The notes beneath the pieces were generated by a model. That model did not search any database. It saw only the letters and a program-made list of their open reading frames with translations, and was not told where the DNA came from. From Pelagomonas calceolata (Eukaryota): a stretch of 64,000 nt of DNA. Below, one piece after another: positions 1 to 10,477 of the stretch (position 1 is the first letter of the stretch; every line of letters begins with the position of its first letter). The stretch lies in NCBI GenBank assembly GCA_918797485.1, contig CAKKNE010000001.1:3286001-3350000 (forward strand), read 5' to 3'. The position numbers were made by a program, and so were the translations under genes.

Positions 1-1115
1 GAGGCCCACTTGTCAAACAATCTACGAGAAACACCACTCTGGAGCATACCAGGAGCCGCCATGACGACGCAGGGCCCCGTGTCGTCGAGATCATCTACCG
101 AATTCAAATTTTGCACATGTGCAAACCTAAAGGGGTTCGCGACGTCCATCTGGTCCCTCACCTGCGTGTGTACGCGTGGACTCGCGCGAAGACGCCATCG
201 CCGCGAGTTTCGACACTGGTCGCGGACGTGCTGGTTCATCATGTTTATATACGTCTGGTAGACCCTCAAAGCGCGCGTCGCCATCTTGGAAGCGTAGAAG
301 ACGGGAATCCGGTGGAGATCCTCCCGCTCCTTCCAGTACTCGTCCAGGATCAACAGTAACTCTTGCGCCCGCCCGAGGGCAAAGGCCGGGATCAAACATC
401 TACCGCCCCGTTGCACGATGCGCTCGATCGTCGACGTGAACAAAGCTTCTCGGACATCTCTGGATTCATGTTTTTGAGTTCCGTAAGTGCTCTCCATAAT
501 TAACACGTGCGGTTCCAGAGAAGGTACCTCCGCAGGTACTAAATGACGATCCTCCTCCATACTGTAGTCTCCGGTATATAGCAAGCGCACGCCCCCGATC
601 TCGATGTAGAACATCGCCGCGCCAAGAACATGTCCAGCGTTATAGCTCCAGAACCTAATGCCGTTGTGTTCGACGACCTGGTGGAAGTCGACCAACTCGA
701 CCTTGTCGCAACAATTAGCTAGGTCCGCTTCGTCGTACAAGCCGTCCCTGCCACCGCTCCCTTCGCCGCCTTGCTTCCTGCCGTCGCCCGACGGTAGTAA
801 ACGAATGTAATCGGACAGTAGTAGTCTCATGACGGCTCTTGTGGCGTGGGTCATGAAGATCCTGCCTTTAAAACCCGTTTTCTCCGTCAAGTACGGGACG
901 CCGGCCGCGTGGTCGATGTGGAAATGAGAAACGAGGAGTAGGTCTACGGTTGATAAGTCTACGGTGTCTAAGAATGGGAGGGCATCTAAGCCGGATCTAC
1001 CGGGATGAATGCCGCAATCTAATAAAACGGACCTCCCTCGAAATTCCAGTAGATGGCAGGAACGACCGACTTCTTTGCCGCCGCCCAAAGGTGTTATTTG
1101 TAAGGTGTCCTCCAT
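1..1115 (-). CDS. CPSF3: Cleavage and polyadenylation specificity factor 73 kDa endonuclease (3' end runs off the window)
   Basis: Not in the ORF track because there is no stop in the window. Manual translation from ATG 1115: MEDTLQITPLGGGKEVGRSCHLL...LLDCGIHPG...SHFHIDHAAGVPY...GPCVVMAAPGMLQSGVSRRLFDKW, which are MBL/beta-CASP motifs. Confidence 0.93.
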   Translation of the reverse strand, partial: MEDTLQITPLGGGKEVGRSCHLLEFRGRSVLLDCGIHPGRSGLDALPFLDTVDLSTVDLLLVSHFHIDHAAGVPYLTEKTGFKGRIFMTHATRAVMRLLLSDYIRLLPSGDGRKQGGEGSGGRDGLYDEADLANCCDKVELVDFHQVVEHNGIRFWSYNAGHVLGAAMFYIEIGGVRLLYTGDYSMEEDRHLVPAEVPSLEPHVLIMESTYGTQKHESRDVREALFTSTIERIVQRGGRCLIPAFALGRAQELLLILDEYWKEREDLHRIPVFYASKMATRALRVYQTYINMMNQHVRDQCRNSRRWRLRASPRVHTQVRDQMDVANPFRFAHVQNLNSVDDLDDTGPCVVMAAPGMLQSGVSRRLFDKWA

Positions 1116-1450
1116 GGGCTGCGGGGCTTGTGTGGCGCCCGCGACGACCTGGACGGGCGGGGGCTCGGCCATGATGACTGCTGCTGTTTAGAGCCGGCTC
1201 GAGGCGCTCGCGAGGTGTGGGGCTTGCAGGGGCTGTTTCGGAGCGCGGCGTGGCAGCGCAGCGGCGCCAGGCGCTTGTGTATTATAAAGTGGTGCTGCGG
1301 CGACCGCGTCTGGCTGCTTAAGGCCAACAGCGAGTGCTTTTAGCCTGCTTTTGCTCTCTGCTCCCCCTAGTGTCGATGTACGCTAGCCCAGCCAATCTCG
1401 ACGCTGCTCGTCTGAAGGGCTAGAATTTGTGTCTTGGTGTGATCTGGGCC

Positions 1451-2335
1451 ATGTCGGACCGACCCTGTGGCCCACCGATTCCGAAACGCCAGCCGGAGAC
1501 GGCTGCGGCGACGTGCGGCCCGCACATCCGGCGCCCTGGCTCTGCGCAGCCGCGCGCATCCGTGCCGGCGCGGGAAACCGGGCCACCGATCCCCGCGCGC
1601 GCGAGCGCTGCCGACGCCGGGCCCTGTGGACCACCGATTCCCGCGCGCGCGAGCGCTGCCGAGCAAGTGTCGGTCGTCCCGCAGCGCGCCGCGTCCGCAA
1701 CGACGCTAACGCGCGCGAGGGCCGCCAAGGCCGACGCCGCCGCCGCGCTCAAAAAAATGCCGAAGCGGTCCGCCCTCTTCAGCAAGACGCTGATGCAAGC
1801 TCAGAAGACGAGGGACGGCCGGACGTGCTCCTGGTGTAAATTGGTCGGCAAGCGCAATTTAGACAATGTGACGCTGGCCCCCTGCGGGCCCTGCCTGCGG
1901 CGGCGCGGCGTTTCTGTCCTTTATTGTTCTAGAAAATGCCAGCGCGAGGCGTGGCAGACGCACAAACCAATTTGTGCCGCGACGCCCTGGTCCCTCGCGC
2001 AGCACCGCTTCCATGGAAAGGGCCAGCGGGACTATGTCAGACGCCTCGTGCAGGACCACCTCATCCACACGCTCGCGTGGAAGCGCGAGCCGTCGCACGC
2101 TTCAGTACTACTCACGGGCCGCATCCTGCCCTACCTGCTCTCCTATTCACCGCCGCCGCCGGGCTGGTCGCGGCACTGGTCGCCGGCCGTCCGACGGTAC
2201 GCGCTGTCGCTGACCCTGGTCTGGGCGCGGACGCTGGCCTACGAGCGCGAATCGGCGAACGCGCGCGGCGTCTGGCGCGACCACGTGTTGCCCTTTCTGC
2301 TGGACGCGTCGACGGTCGTGCCGGAGGGGTGGTAG
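1451..2335 (+). CDS. MYND-type zinc finger protein
   Basis: CSWC..CGPC..YCSRKCQREAWQTHKPIC motif. N-terminal (PC)GPPIP repeats include a 48-bp tandem duplication at about 1580-1662. Start taken at ATG 1451. Confidence 0.75.
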   Translation: MSDRPCGPPIPKRQPETAAATCGPHIRRPGSAQPRASVPARETGPPIPARASAADAGPCGPPIPARASAAEQVSVVPQRAASATTLTRARAAKADAAAALKKMPKRSALFSKTLMQAQKTRDGRTCSWCKLVGKRNLDNVTLAPCGPCLRRRGVSVLYCSRKCQREAWQTHKPICAATPWSLAQHRFHGKGQRDYVRRLVQDHLIHTLAWKREPSHASVLLTGRILPYLLSYSPPPPGWSRHWSPAVRRYALSLTLVWARTLAYERESANARGVWRDHVLPFLLDASTVVPEGW

Positions 2336-2494
2336 GGTTTGTTTTTGTATTCTTCGGTTGCTAGTGTCTTTACAGGGCGCTAGCCCCTGGCGCGCGCGCA
2401 TTTTTGAGCGCGCGGGACATCCTTTGCGACGCGGTCACGCTGCAAACGCATCGCTAACGATCCGTGCGCACGCTGCGCATCGCTTGTTGCACGA

Positions 2495-3721
2495 ATGGCG
2501 GCCTCCGGCGAGACATTGCCCGCGGCGCCCTCGGACAGCCTCATGCGGCTAGGGTCGGTGCGCGACGTCGTGCTCGCGCGCGTACCGATCGAGGCTCACC
2601 GCGCGCTCGCCCAGACCTGCAAGGCACTGCGGCGCCTCGTCTATAGCGACGACTTTGCGAAGCTACGGAAGACGCTGGGCTTCGAGGAATACGGGCTCCT
2701 GCTGCTGGCGGGGCGCATTTACGAAGATGGCGGGGCAATGGTGGAGCGGGGGAAGCAATTCGTGTGTCTAACGCACAACCTGGAGTCGCTCGGGTTCGCA
2801 GCTCAGACCGATTGCCCCTTGGATCTTGATGAGTTCACGACAGCGCTCTCGACGGAAGGACGACTCTTCGTTTGTGGCGATGCAAACCACGATAGAAAGC
2901 TGCTCATTTACGACACGCGGAAGCATGAATGGGTCCGAGACCCGCGTTACCCGGCGAGCATACCTGTAGTTATGTACGGTCAGTGCACTGCTTTCCTCGA
3001 CAACACGCTCGTCGTGGTTGCGGGTGGGACTAACGCGGTTGGCAGACCTTGGGGATTCTCGTGGGATGAGCAGTTGAGGATGTGGCAGTCATTACCCCCG
3101 GTGCCCACTGTCGTCGCGCATGCTAGTTATGGCGTCATTGGATCCTGTCTCTTCGTTGTGGGTGGCTATTCAAGAGGCGGAGCTCATGCGGAGCAATATG
3201 GTGGGGTTATGGTCCCGGGTGCGACCATGGGCCGGATGTCCAGTTATACAGCACGCCTCCAGATCTTCGACATGACAACGAGAACTTGGTCTCTAGGGCC
3301 GCCTCTGGATGCGCTCAAGGATAGAATGGAGGAACCAACAACCGCGGCAGTTTTCCACAGGCGCTTGTACGTCTTTTGTCAGCGTGCCATGGATTCATGC
3401 CCTGACGCTGAACTTTGCGCCCAACCTTACCATGTGTACTGCTTTGACCCTAACTCAAATTCGTGGTCGGAACTGCCCGCTCTGCCCGTAGGTTCGCACA
3501 GCGAGTTGGCAGCGTGCGTCCACGACGGCCGCCTCGTTGTTGCGGGCACTGTGAACTACGACCCAGAGCCTTTCCATGAAATAAATCCGCCCGCGACGTA
3601 CCATTATGAATGGGACGACGGTGCGGAAATGTGGAAGGAACGGCCCCTGCTGATCGACGACGGAGCGTGGCCCCGAGGAAAGCTGGGATCCCTCGTCTCC
3701 GTCCCCCTGCGGATCCGGTAG
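2495..3721 (+). CDS. F-box/Kelch-repeat protein
   Basis: F-box-like N-terminus (VLARVPIEAHRALAQTCKALRRLV) followed by Kelch repeats (GG...W, LFVVGG, YCFDPNSNSWSELP). Confidence 0.8.
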   Translation: MAASGETLPAAPSDSLMRLGSVRDVVLARVPIEAHRALAQTCKALRRLVYSDDFAKLRKTLGFEEYGLLLLAGRIYEDGGAMVERGKQFVCLTHNLESLGFAAQTDCPLDLDEFTTALSTEGRLFVCGDANHDRKLLIYDTRKHEWVRDPRYPASIPVVMYGQCTAFLDNTLVVVAGGTNAVGRPWGFSWDEQLRMWQSLPPVPTVVAHASYGVIGSCLFVVGGYSRGGAHAEQYGGVMVPGATMGRMSSYTARLQIFDMTTRTWSLGPPLDALKDRMEEPTTAAVFHRRLYVFCQRAMDSCPDAELCAQPYHVYCFDPNSNSWSELPALPVGSHSELAACVHDGRLVVAGTVNYDPEPFHEINPPATYHYEWDDGAEMWKERPLLIDDGAWPRGKLGSLVSVPLRIR

Positions 3722-4028
3722 AGTAAGTTTCCTTGTTGATGTGCATTCTGGACTTGTATCTGTCACGGTGCTAGGACTAGTGGTGTGCATTCTGGACGCG
3801 GCGGCGCGCCGACCGCACGCGAATCGCGCGAATCGCGCCCACGGCCCTCCAAGCGTCGTATCAGGTGCAGAGGCCCTCTCTGACGCGTCGAAGGGCTCGT
3901 CATCGTGATCTTCCACGCGAGCTTGACAAGCTCCGCCGTTCTCAGTGCCACCGTCTCTGCGGCTGGAGGAGCACTCGAAACCCACTTTTGCTAAAGCCGA
4001 CGTTCTCCAAGTACCCGACCCGAGCCAA

Positions 4029-4473
4029 ATGAAGCTCCGGTGGGCCGCCGCAGCGTGCCTCGCGCCGCTGACCCAGGGTTTTGTCCCAGCTCGCACTGCT
4101 GCTGCCCGATCCGCCGTCGTCGTGCGCTCCGAGCCAATTGAGATCAATGCGCCAACTGTCTACAGCCATTGGAGCGCGAACGTGAACGAGGAGGCGTGTC
4201 CCCGGCGTCAATGACTGCTTTTCGGACGCCTCCTGCCCCAGAACGTCGAGGCCAGCAACCTATTACGCGCAGGTCCAGACCATCCGCGCCCAGGAGATGT
4301 ACACCGCGCTCAAGACGCACAAGTACGAGCGCGAGGCGCGCGCCGCGGCGCTCGAGGACCACAAGTCCTTCTTCGCGGGCCTCCTCGGCCGCGCCGACTC
4401 GAATGCGCGGGCTGTTAACCCGGCAACCGACCCCTCCCTGGCCAAGGCCGCCGTCGCGGCGCGCCGGTCCTGA
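4029..4473 (+). CDS. Small putative plastid-targeted protein, 2 exons (4029-4193, 4273-4473)
   Basis: Signal peptide with TQG-FVP cleavage motif. A GC-AG intron at 4194-4272 joins NVNEE to VQTIRAQEMY...ARRS*. Confidence 0.6.
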
Positions 4474-4566
4474 CGCGGCTCCTCAAAAAAGCCGCCCATA
4501 TGCTACCCCGCCCTCTCTCCGATAGGACGTCCAGGGGGTTGCCTATAGCATCTTCGTGTGACTTAC

Positions 4567-6339
4567 TCATTCCACGCGCTGCGCCGCCACGAGCCCCGAC
4601 CGCGCCGCGAGCACGCGGTCCGTCTGCGCGGCGACGCACGACGCCGCGGCGTCGCGGCGCCAGTCGCGGACCGAGAGCGCGAGGTCGCCGTCGGCCGCCT
4701 CGAGCGCGGCGAGCGCGCCGACGACGTCGCCCATCTCCAACGCCGCGTCGCAGGCCTCCACCGCCGCGAGCGGGCTGCCCGGCGGCGCGCGGCCCCCGGG
4801 CAGGCGCAGCGCCGCGAAGAGGCCCCCGAGCGCCGAGCGCGCGACGGGGCCCGCGTGCTGCGGCTCCAGCGCCTGCGTCGAATCGCGGTGAGTCGAGGCG
4901 ATGGCGGCGATGGCGTGTAGAGCTCCTACGCCATCGACGCGACTCGTTCCCACCGTGCCGAATGGTCGCGGCGACGTCGACAAATGGACTGCGCCATGGT
5001 CGCGGCGACGGCGTCCACGGGTGTCTCGCGCTTGACGCACTCGCCGCGACGGCGCCGCGGCCAGGGCCAAGGAAAAAAAAGGGACGCCGGAAAGGACCGC
5101 CGCGCGCGCCGCCGGCCGCACGCGCTCGACCCACCGCGCGCGCAGCGCCGCGACGTCCGTAGACACACCGGGCGCCTCGGCCCGCGCCCGTAAGGCAACG
5201 CCGACAACAGCATCATCGGCCACGGCGCCGACGGCGCGCGAGCCCGCCGCGCCGCGCGCGACCACCGCGTGCTCCGACAGAATCCTGGCGTCGCTGTCGG
5301 GCGGGACCGCGTCGGCCGCGCGGTGCGCCGCCGCGACGCGGACCTCGAGCTCCCTCAACGACATTAAACGTGAGACCGCCGCGTCGCCCGTGGCTTGGGC
5401 CGCGTCCGCGCGCGCCGCGTCGACCAGCGCCCGGGCGCCGCTCTCGACGGCTCCGATGGCGTCCTCGACCGCGCGCTGGCCTTCACTTGCCCAGCGCGCG
5501 TCTATTTCTTTCCGCTGCGTTTCTAGGACAGACTCCTTCTCCGCCCGCAACGCTCTACGACGCTCTGCCGCAATACGGTCACTGTCCGCCGCGTCCGCTT
5601 GTACGAGTGAACCCATCTCCTCGAGCAGTTTAAGGCGCTGGGCCTTCACTAAATCTTCCGTCCGCTTCGCGTAGACCCGCGACGCTTCGTCTCTCGCGGT
5701 CGCTGCTCTCGCCGCTTCCCGAGACGCCTCCTTCGTTTGAGCCGCCTCGGCCGCCGCCAACCTTTGGGAAAGCTCGTCCACACTCAGCCCCTGGAGGTCT
5801 CTCGCTAATCGTGTAACTAAGTCGTCGGCCGCCTCCTCGGGGACACTTTGCACCGCGTCCACGATCTCCGAAGCTCTCTGCACTACTTTGACGGCTCTCT
5901 CGTCGAGCTCGCGCTGCTTGATGGCCTCGGCCTCAGCTTGAGCCTTCTTCCTGGCGTCCTCGAGCGCATCTAGCCGCTCCCGTTCGAGAGAAGGATCTAG
6001 GACCTCGTCGTCGTCGTCGTCGAGGTCGGGCTCCGCAATCTGCACGAGGTCGTCCTCCTCCACCTGGGGCTCGGCGATTGCGGTCACCGGTGTTGCGGTT
6101 CTTGTTAACGCTCTACCCGTGGCCTCCCTGTACAACTTGAGCCACCAGGCGTCTCTCACCGACGCCGGGCAATTGTCTCCGAGCTGGACGGGTAATTCTA
6201 AACAAGTGAGCCACGCGCCGGCGACGACGCCCGTTGCGAGTAAGGGCACGTTCGTTTTTGTGGTAGCTCTAGCGTCGACGACCTTGCGCGGTGTCGAGAG
6301 ACGCCTCGTCGCCGCGAGGCGGGCGGCTGCGGCGCGCAT
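4567..6339 (-). CDS. MIC60: MICOS subunit Mic60/mitofilin-like
   Basis: Mitochondrial presequence, one TM, long coiled coil and C-terminal mitofilin-like motif (ALEMGDVVGALAALE..DGDLALSVRDW). Probable in-frame GT-AG intron 5040-4873 (168 nt). Confidence 0.7.
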   Translation of the reverse strand: MRAAAARLAATRRLSTPRKVVDARATTKTNVPLLATGVVAGAWLTCLELPVQLGDNCPASVRDAWWLKLYREATGRALTRTATPVTAIAEPQVEEDDLVQIAEPDLDDDDDEVLDPSLERERLDALEDARKKAQAEAEAIKQRELDERAVKVVQRASEIVDAVQSVPEEAADDLVTRLARDLQGLSVDELSQRLAAAEAAQTKEASREAARAATARDEASRVYAKRTEDLVKAQRLKLLEEMGSLVQADAADSDRIAAERRRALRAEKESVLETQRKEIDARWASEGQRAVEDAIGAVESGARALVDAARADAAQATGDAAVSRLMSLRELEVRVAAAHRAADAVPPDSDARILSEHAVVARGAAGSRAVGAVADDAVVGVALRARAEAPGVSTDVAALRARWVERVRPAARAAVLSGVPFFSLALAAAPSRRVRQARDTRGRRRRDHGAVHLSTSPRPFGTVGTSRVDGVGALHAIAAIASTHRDSTQALEPQHAGPVARSALGGLFAALRLPGGRAPPGSPLAAVEACDAALEMGDVVGALAALEAADGDLALSVRDWRRDAAASCVAAQTDRVLAARSGLVAAQRVE

Positions 6340-6943
6340 GGTTTTACTCGCTTCTGTATAATTTAGCACAGATAACCGGGTCGCGACGCACGCGCGCGAG
6401 GAAGCTGGTATGGGTGGTCCTGGAGCTCGCAGGTGGCGTGCGCCGAGCGGCCAATGTGGCTCACGGCTTCGGTGGCGAAGCTGGTGACTCGGAGAGGTCT
6501 TAGTTGCTGCAAATCTGCAGCTACAGACCCCGTAGGCTGGGCCTGGCTGGTTTGGGCGGAAGAGTTAGCTAGCGGCATGTAAGACACTAGCAAGAACCGA
6601 TCCGCCCATACGTCATCAAGGAAGTCAGGAGAGCTTGTTAGCGCGGACGGACGACTGCTTGCGCCTAGATAGGAACTCGACCTCAGCTCACGAGCTTGTG
6701 CGGCGAGCTGGATTTTTCGGCCCTTAGACATTGGTTACGCGACGTCAGACGCACGATACATTGCTCACTTGCTGTCGCACGACCGCTGCTGCCACTCGCG
6801 CACAGCACCGAGCAGCAAAGCGCATTGATATCGCTTGCCTGCTAACCCACCAGCTTGGAAACGCGCCGCCGCAGCAGCGCTAGAAACACCGCAGCGCTCG
6901 CAGCACGCCGCCGACGCGCCGCTTGCACCCAGAACACGACAAT

Positions 6944-9052
6944 ATGGCCGCGTTGAGCGAAAAAGCCGCCGCCGTCTTCGGCCGCTGGTGCCGGCCCTGC
7001 GACCAGGCGCCTCCAAAATTACACATCTACAATTCGTTGACGCGAAGCAAGGTGCCCTTCTACCCCATCGATCCTTCCGGCCAGCGCGTGACGATGTACG
7101 TCTGCGGCCCGACGGTTTATGACGCGGCACATTTGGGCCATGCCCGTACGTATCTCCAGTTCGATGTTATAAGAAGGATCTTGAGGGATGTGCTGGGGTA
7201 TGACGTCGTCTACGTCATGAACGTGACGGACGTCGACGACAAAATCATTGTGAGAAGCCAGGAGCGAGGCATCACGCCCGAAGCACTCGCGAGGGAATGG
7301 GAGAGAAAGTTCCTGGAAGACATGACGGCGCTAGGCGTCGAACGTCCCAGTGCGATGCCTAGAGTGACGGAGTACGTGCCGGAGATCGTCTCGTTCGTGG
7401 AAACGTGCGTCAGCAACGGCTTCGCGTACGAAGATCGGGGGTCGGTCTATTTCGACACCAAAGCGTTTGAGAGCAAGGGCCACGACTACGGCAAGCTCTG
7501 CCCCGAGAACGTCGGCAACGAAGGCCTCATGGCGGAAGGCGAAGGGAAACTGGCCAGTACAACCTTCACGAAACGCGATGATCGCGATTTCGCGTTGTGG
7601 AAGGCTTCGAAGCCCGGCGAGCCGACGTGGCCGTCGCCCTGGGGGGCGGGCCGGCCCGGCTGGCACATCGAGTGTAGTGCCATGATCGAGCACACGATCG
7701 GGCACGGCGGGCCTATTGATATCCATGGGGGAGGTGTGGATTTGAAGTTTCCCCACCACGACAACGAGCTCGCGCAACAGGAGGCTTTCTGTAATTGCCG
7801 GCAGACCGTGAACTACTTTGCGCACACGGGCCACTTGCATATTCGTGGTTTAAAAATGTCGAAGAGTCTCAAGAACTTCATCACGATCCGACAGGCGCTG
7901 GAGGGCGTCGATGGGTTAGAAGGTGTGAGACCTAGTACGATGCGCATCATGTTCTGCCTCGTGCAGTACAACGCGCCTTGTGATTATTCGGACAACATGT
8001 GTCGAGCGGCGTCCGAGTTACATCGCCACGCGGTCGCCGCGATCACGCGGTCGCGGCGATGGCGTCGACGCGATGCCGCACCGCCGTGACGCCGTCGACG
8101 CGGCCTCCCCCCACGCCGTCGCCGCGCACGCACGCGCACCGACGCAACGCGCCGCCACCGCGCCATCGAACGCAGGCTCGCGAACGCGCGCGCCATGGAG
8201 AAGAAGTTCCGCGAGTTCTTCCTCAACGTCGCCGCGGCGCTACGAGTGGTCGATAGTGACGTGAACGCGAAGTTCAAAGTACGGCCCGAGGATGCATCCC
8301 TGTTGAAAGCGCGAGATGATTGCGCAAAGGAGGTGCGCGCGCGCTTTTTAGATGATTTCGACACGCCGAACGCGGTGAAAGCATTGCAGAAATTAGTTGA
8401 TTCTACGGGAAGCTACTTGTCGACCCTCGAAGCGACGAATTCGCAACCGTCGTCGCTAGCCTTATGCGCGGCAGCGAGGTACGTCGCCGAGACCTGGCTC
8501 AAGCTCGGCGTCCAGGGTTTGTGCTCGGACGAGGTGCTCGACGCGCTGCGAGTCTATCCTTCCCAAACCTCGGCAAAGAAGAGTTCGGGAGCGGCGTCCG
8601 CGCCGTTGTTGGATGCGCTATCGAACTTCAGAGACGGCGTACGAGGTGCTGGTAGAACTCAAGATACGGCTGGGGTCTTGCGGTTATGTGATGAATTGAG
8701 GGATTTAGTACTGCCGGAGCTCGGCGTTCGCTTAGAGGACAAGGGCGCCGGTAGCGTCTGGAAGCTCGACGATCCGGAAGTTTTACGGGCTGAAAGGGCA
8801 AGAAAAGTCGAGGAAGCTCAAGCCAAGGCCGACGCGAAACGGTTAGCCGCGGAGAAGGCCGCCGCTAAAGAAGCTGCGGCTCGTGTTGATCCTCGGGACA
8901 TGTTCAAGAACGGGCCTTATAAAGCGTTCGACGCCGACGGCGTGCCCACCCAGAATGACAAGGGCGAGCCTTTACCGAAGTCGCAATTCAAAAAACTGAA
9001 GAAGCAGTGGGAAGCGCAGAAGAAGGCGTTCGAGAAGGCCAGCGCGAAGTGA
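6944..9052 (+). CDS. CARS1: Cysteinyl-tRNA synthetase, 2 exons (6944-7998, 8176-9052)
   Basis: YVCGPTVYD, HLGH, GRPGWHIECSAM, KMSKS motifs. GT-AG intron 7999-8175 restores DYSDNMLANARAMEKKF. Confidence 0.95.
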
Positions 9053-9358
9053 GGGGGGGGGGCTTGGGTAAGTCTCGGTTCCTCATGGTTCTTCCTCAGG
9101 CTGCGGGGGCTTCGGCACTGGTGCGCGGCGACGGCGTCGTCGGGGGCCCTGCGCTTTGTACTTGTGCGCGGCCGCGACGGGCCCGCGTTTTGCCTTTGGG
9201 GCCGTTGGACGTCGTTCTTGTTGCCGGAGCGGGTGGGGAGGCGTCCCGGACGGAGCGTTATGTGGTCCGTGGACCGCGGTATGACCCTAGCGAGTCTGGG
9301 CACGCGGTTGCACCGAGTCAGAGCTCGTAAATTCGAACATCGCGCATACGTACCTAAG

Positions 9359-10195
9359 ATGGCGCGCATCATTTTGGCGCTCATCTGCTGTACCGTGGGA
9401 CACTCCCTGCAGCGCGCCACCAGCCGCCGCGCGCTAGCGGCGCCAAAAACTGCGCTGCAACATGTGCCAAGTTCGCGCGGCCTAATCACGACGCACGCGG
9501 TGTCGTGCCCCGAAGCGGACGCGCTCCTGGCCCAGGCGAAGCACCTGCGCGACCAGGCCGAGATCCAGGAGAGGCAACTCAACGCGCTCAAGGATGAGGC
9601 CAAGCCGCAGGCCGTCGAAGGCAAAAACAACATCCTGCCGCTCGAGCGGCTGAAGGCGTGGCGCACGCGCCTCTCCTTCGAGGGCAACAAGGTCGTATCA
9701 GCAGCCTGGACGAAGTTCCAGGAGGGCGGTAAAGCGGAGGTCGACGGCGCCGAGGCCGGCTGGAAGATGTACGAGGACGCGCACACGGCGCCCACCGGCG
9801 CGAAGGTCCTCGAGTGCTGGTTCACCCAGGGCGAGAAGACGTATCGGTTGACGACCAAGGCCACGCCCCGCGCCGAGGTCGAAAAACTACTGAAAGTTGA
9901 GCAGGACGCCTTCGAGCTCATAGAGCGGCTGAGCCAGAAGCTCGCCGACGCCGAGCGGAGGCTGGCCGACGCCAAGGGTCCCCTGGACATGATCCCGCGG
10001 GCGTTGGCGCGGTCGATGGCCATGGACGAGCTAGACATGGCCTACGTGGTCCAAAAGTCCTGCGTGGCTCAGGCCGAGCCCGTGCGCGCGGGCCACTTCG
10101 TGGATCTGGACGGGCGATCATTCTTCATCTCGAACCGCGGCGAGGTCGAAAGCGAAGGTGAGCGGGGCACGTTCGCGGCGTACGTGACGAACTGA
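9359..10195 (+). CDS. Hypothetical protein with signal peptide (possibly plastid-targeted)
   Basis: MARIILALICC signal peptide; GC3-rich open frame. Confidence 0.6.
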   Translation: MARIILALICCTVGHSLQRATSRRALAAPKTALQHVPSSRGLITTHAVSCPEADALLAQAKHLRDQAEIQERQLNALKDEAKPQAVEGKNNILPLERLKAWRTRLSFEGNKVVSAAWTKFQEGGKAEVDGAEAGWKMYEDAHTAPTGAKVLECWFTQGEKTYRLTTKATPRAEVEKLLKVEQDAFELIERLSQKLADAERRLADAKGPLDMIPRALARSMAMDELDMAYVVQKSCVAQAEPVRAGHFVDLDGRSFFISNRGEVESEGERGTFAAYVTN

Positions 10196-10477
10196 CTGTC
10201 CCCCCCTTCCCTGTCCGAAGTGTGTGTCCATATTGTGTTCAAGTTCATAAGAATGTGTTCACAAGTCGTCACTAAGGCGTCGCGTCGATGGCGTTTCGCG
10301 GTCGAAACCCGTACACATGCGAGACGCGCGCGGCCGCGGCCGCGCAGCCCTAACCAGACGCAGTTCTGCACCAGAGATCACGCGCGCGTGATTTTTTTGC
10401 TGCGCGCAAGTGCTTGTTCATCGCTGCACGCGCGCGAGGCGCTGAAACCATCTCTGCTCTCCTGGCTGTGTGAGAGC

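Noticed and set aside
4471..4560. Sec readthrough of other TGA-terminated genes (4473, 9052, 10195, 25563)
   Set aside because: No coding-like continuation or SECIS-like hairpin seen downstream.
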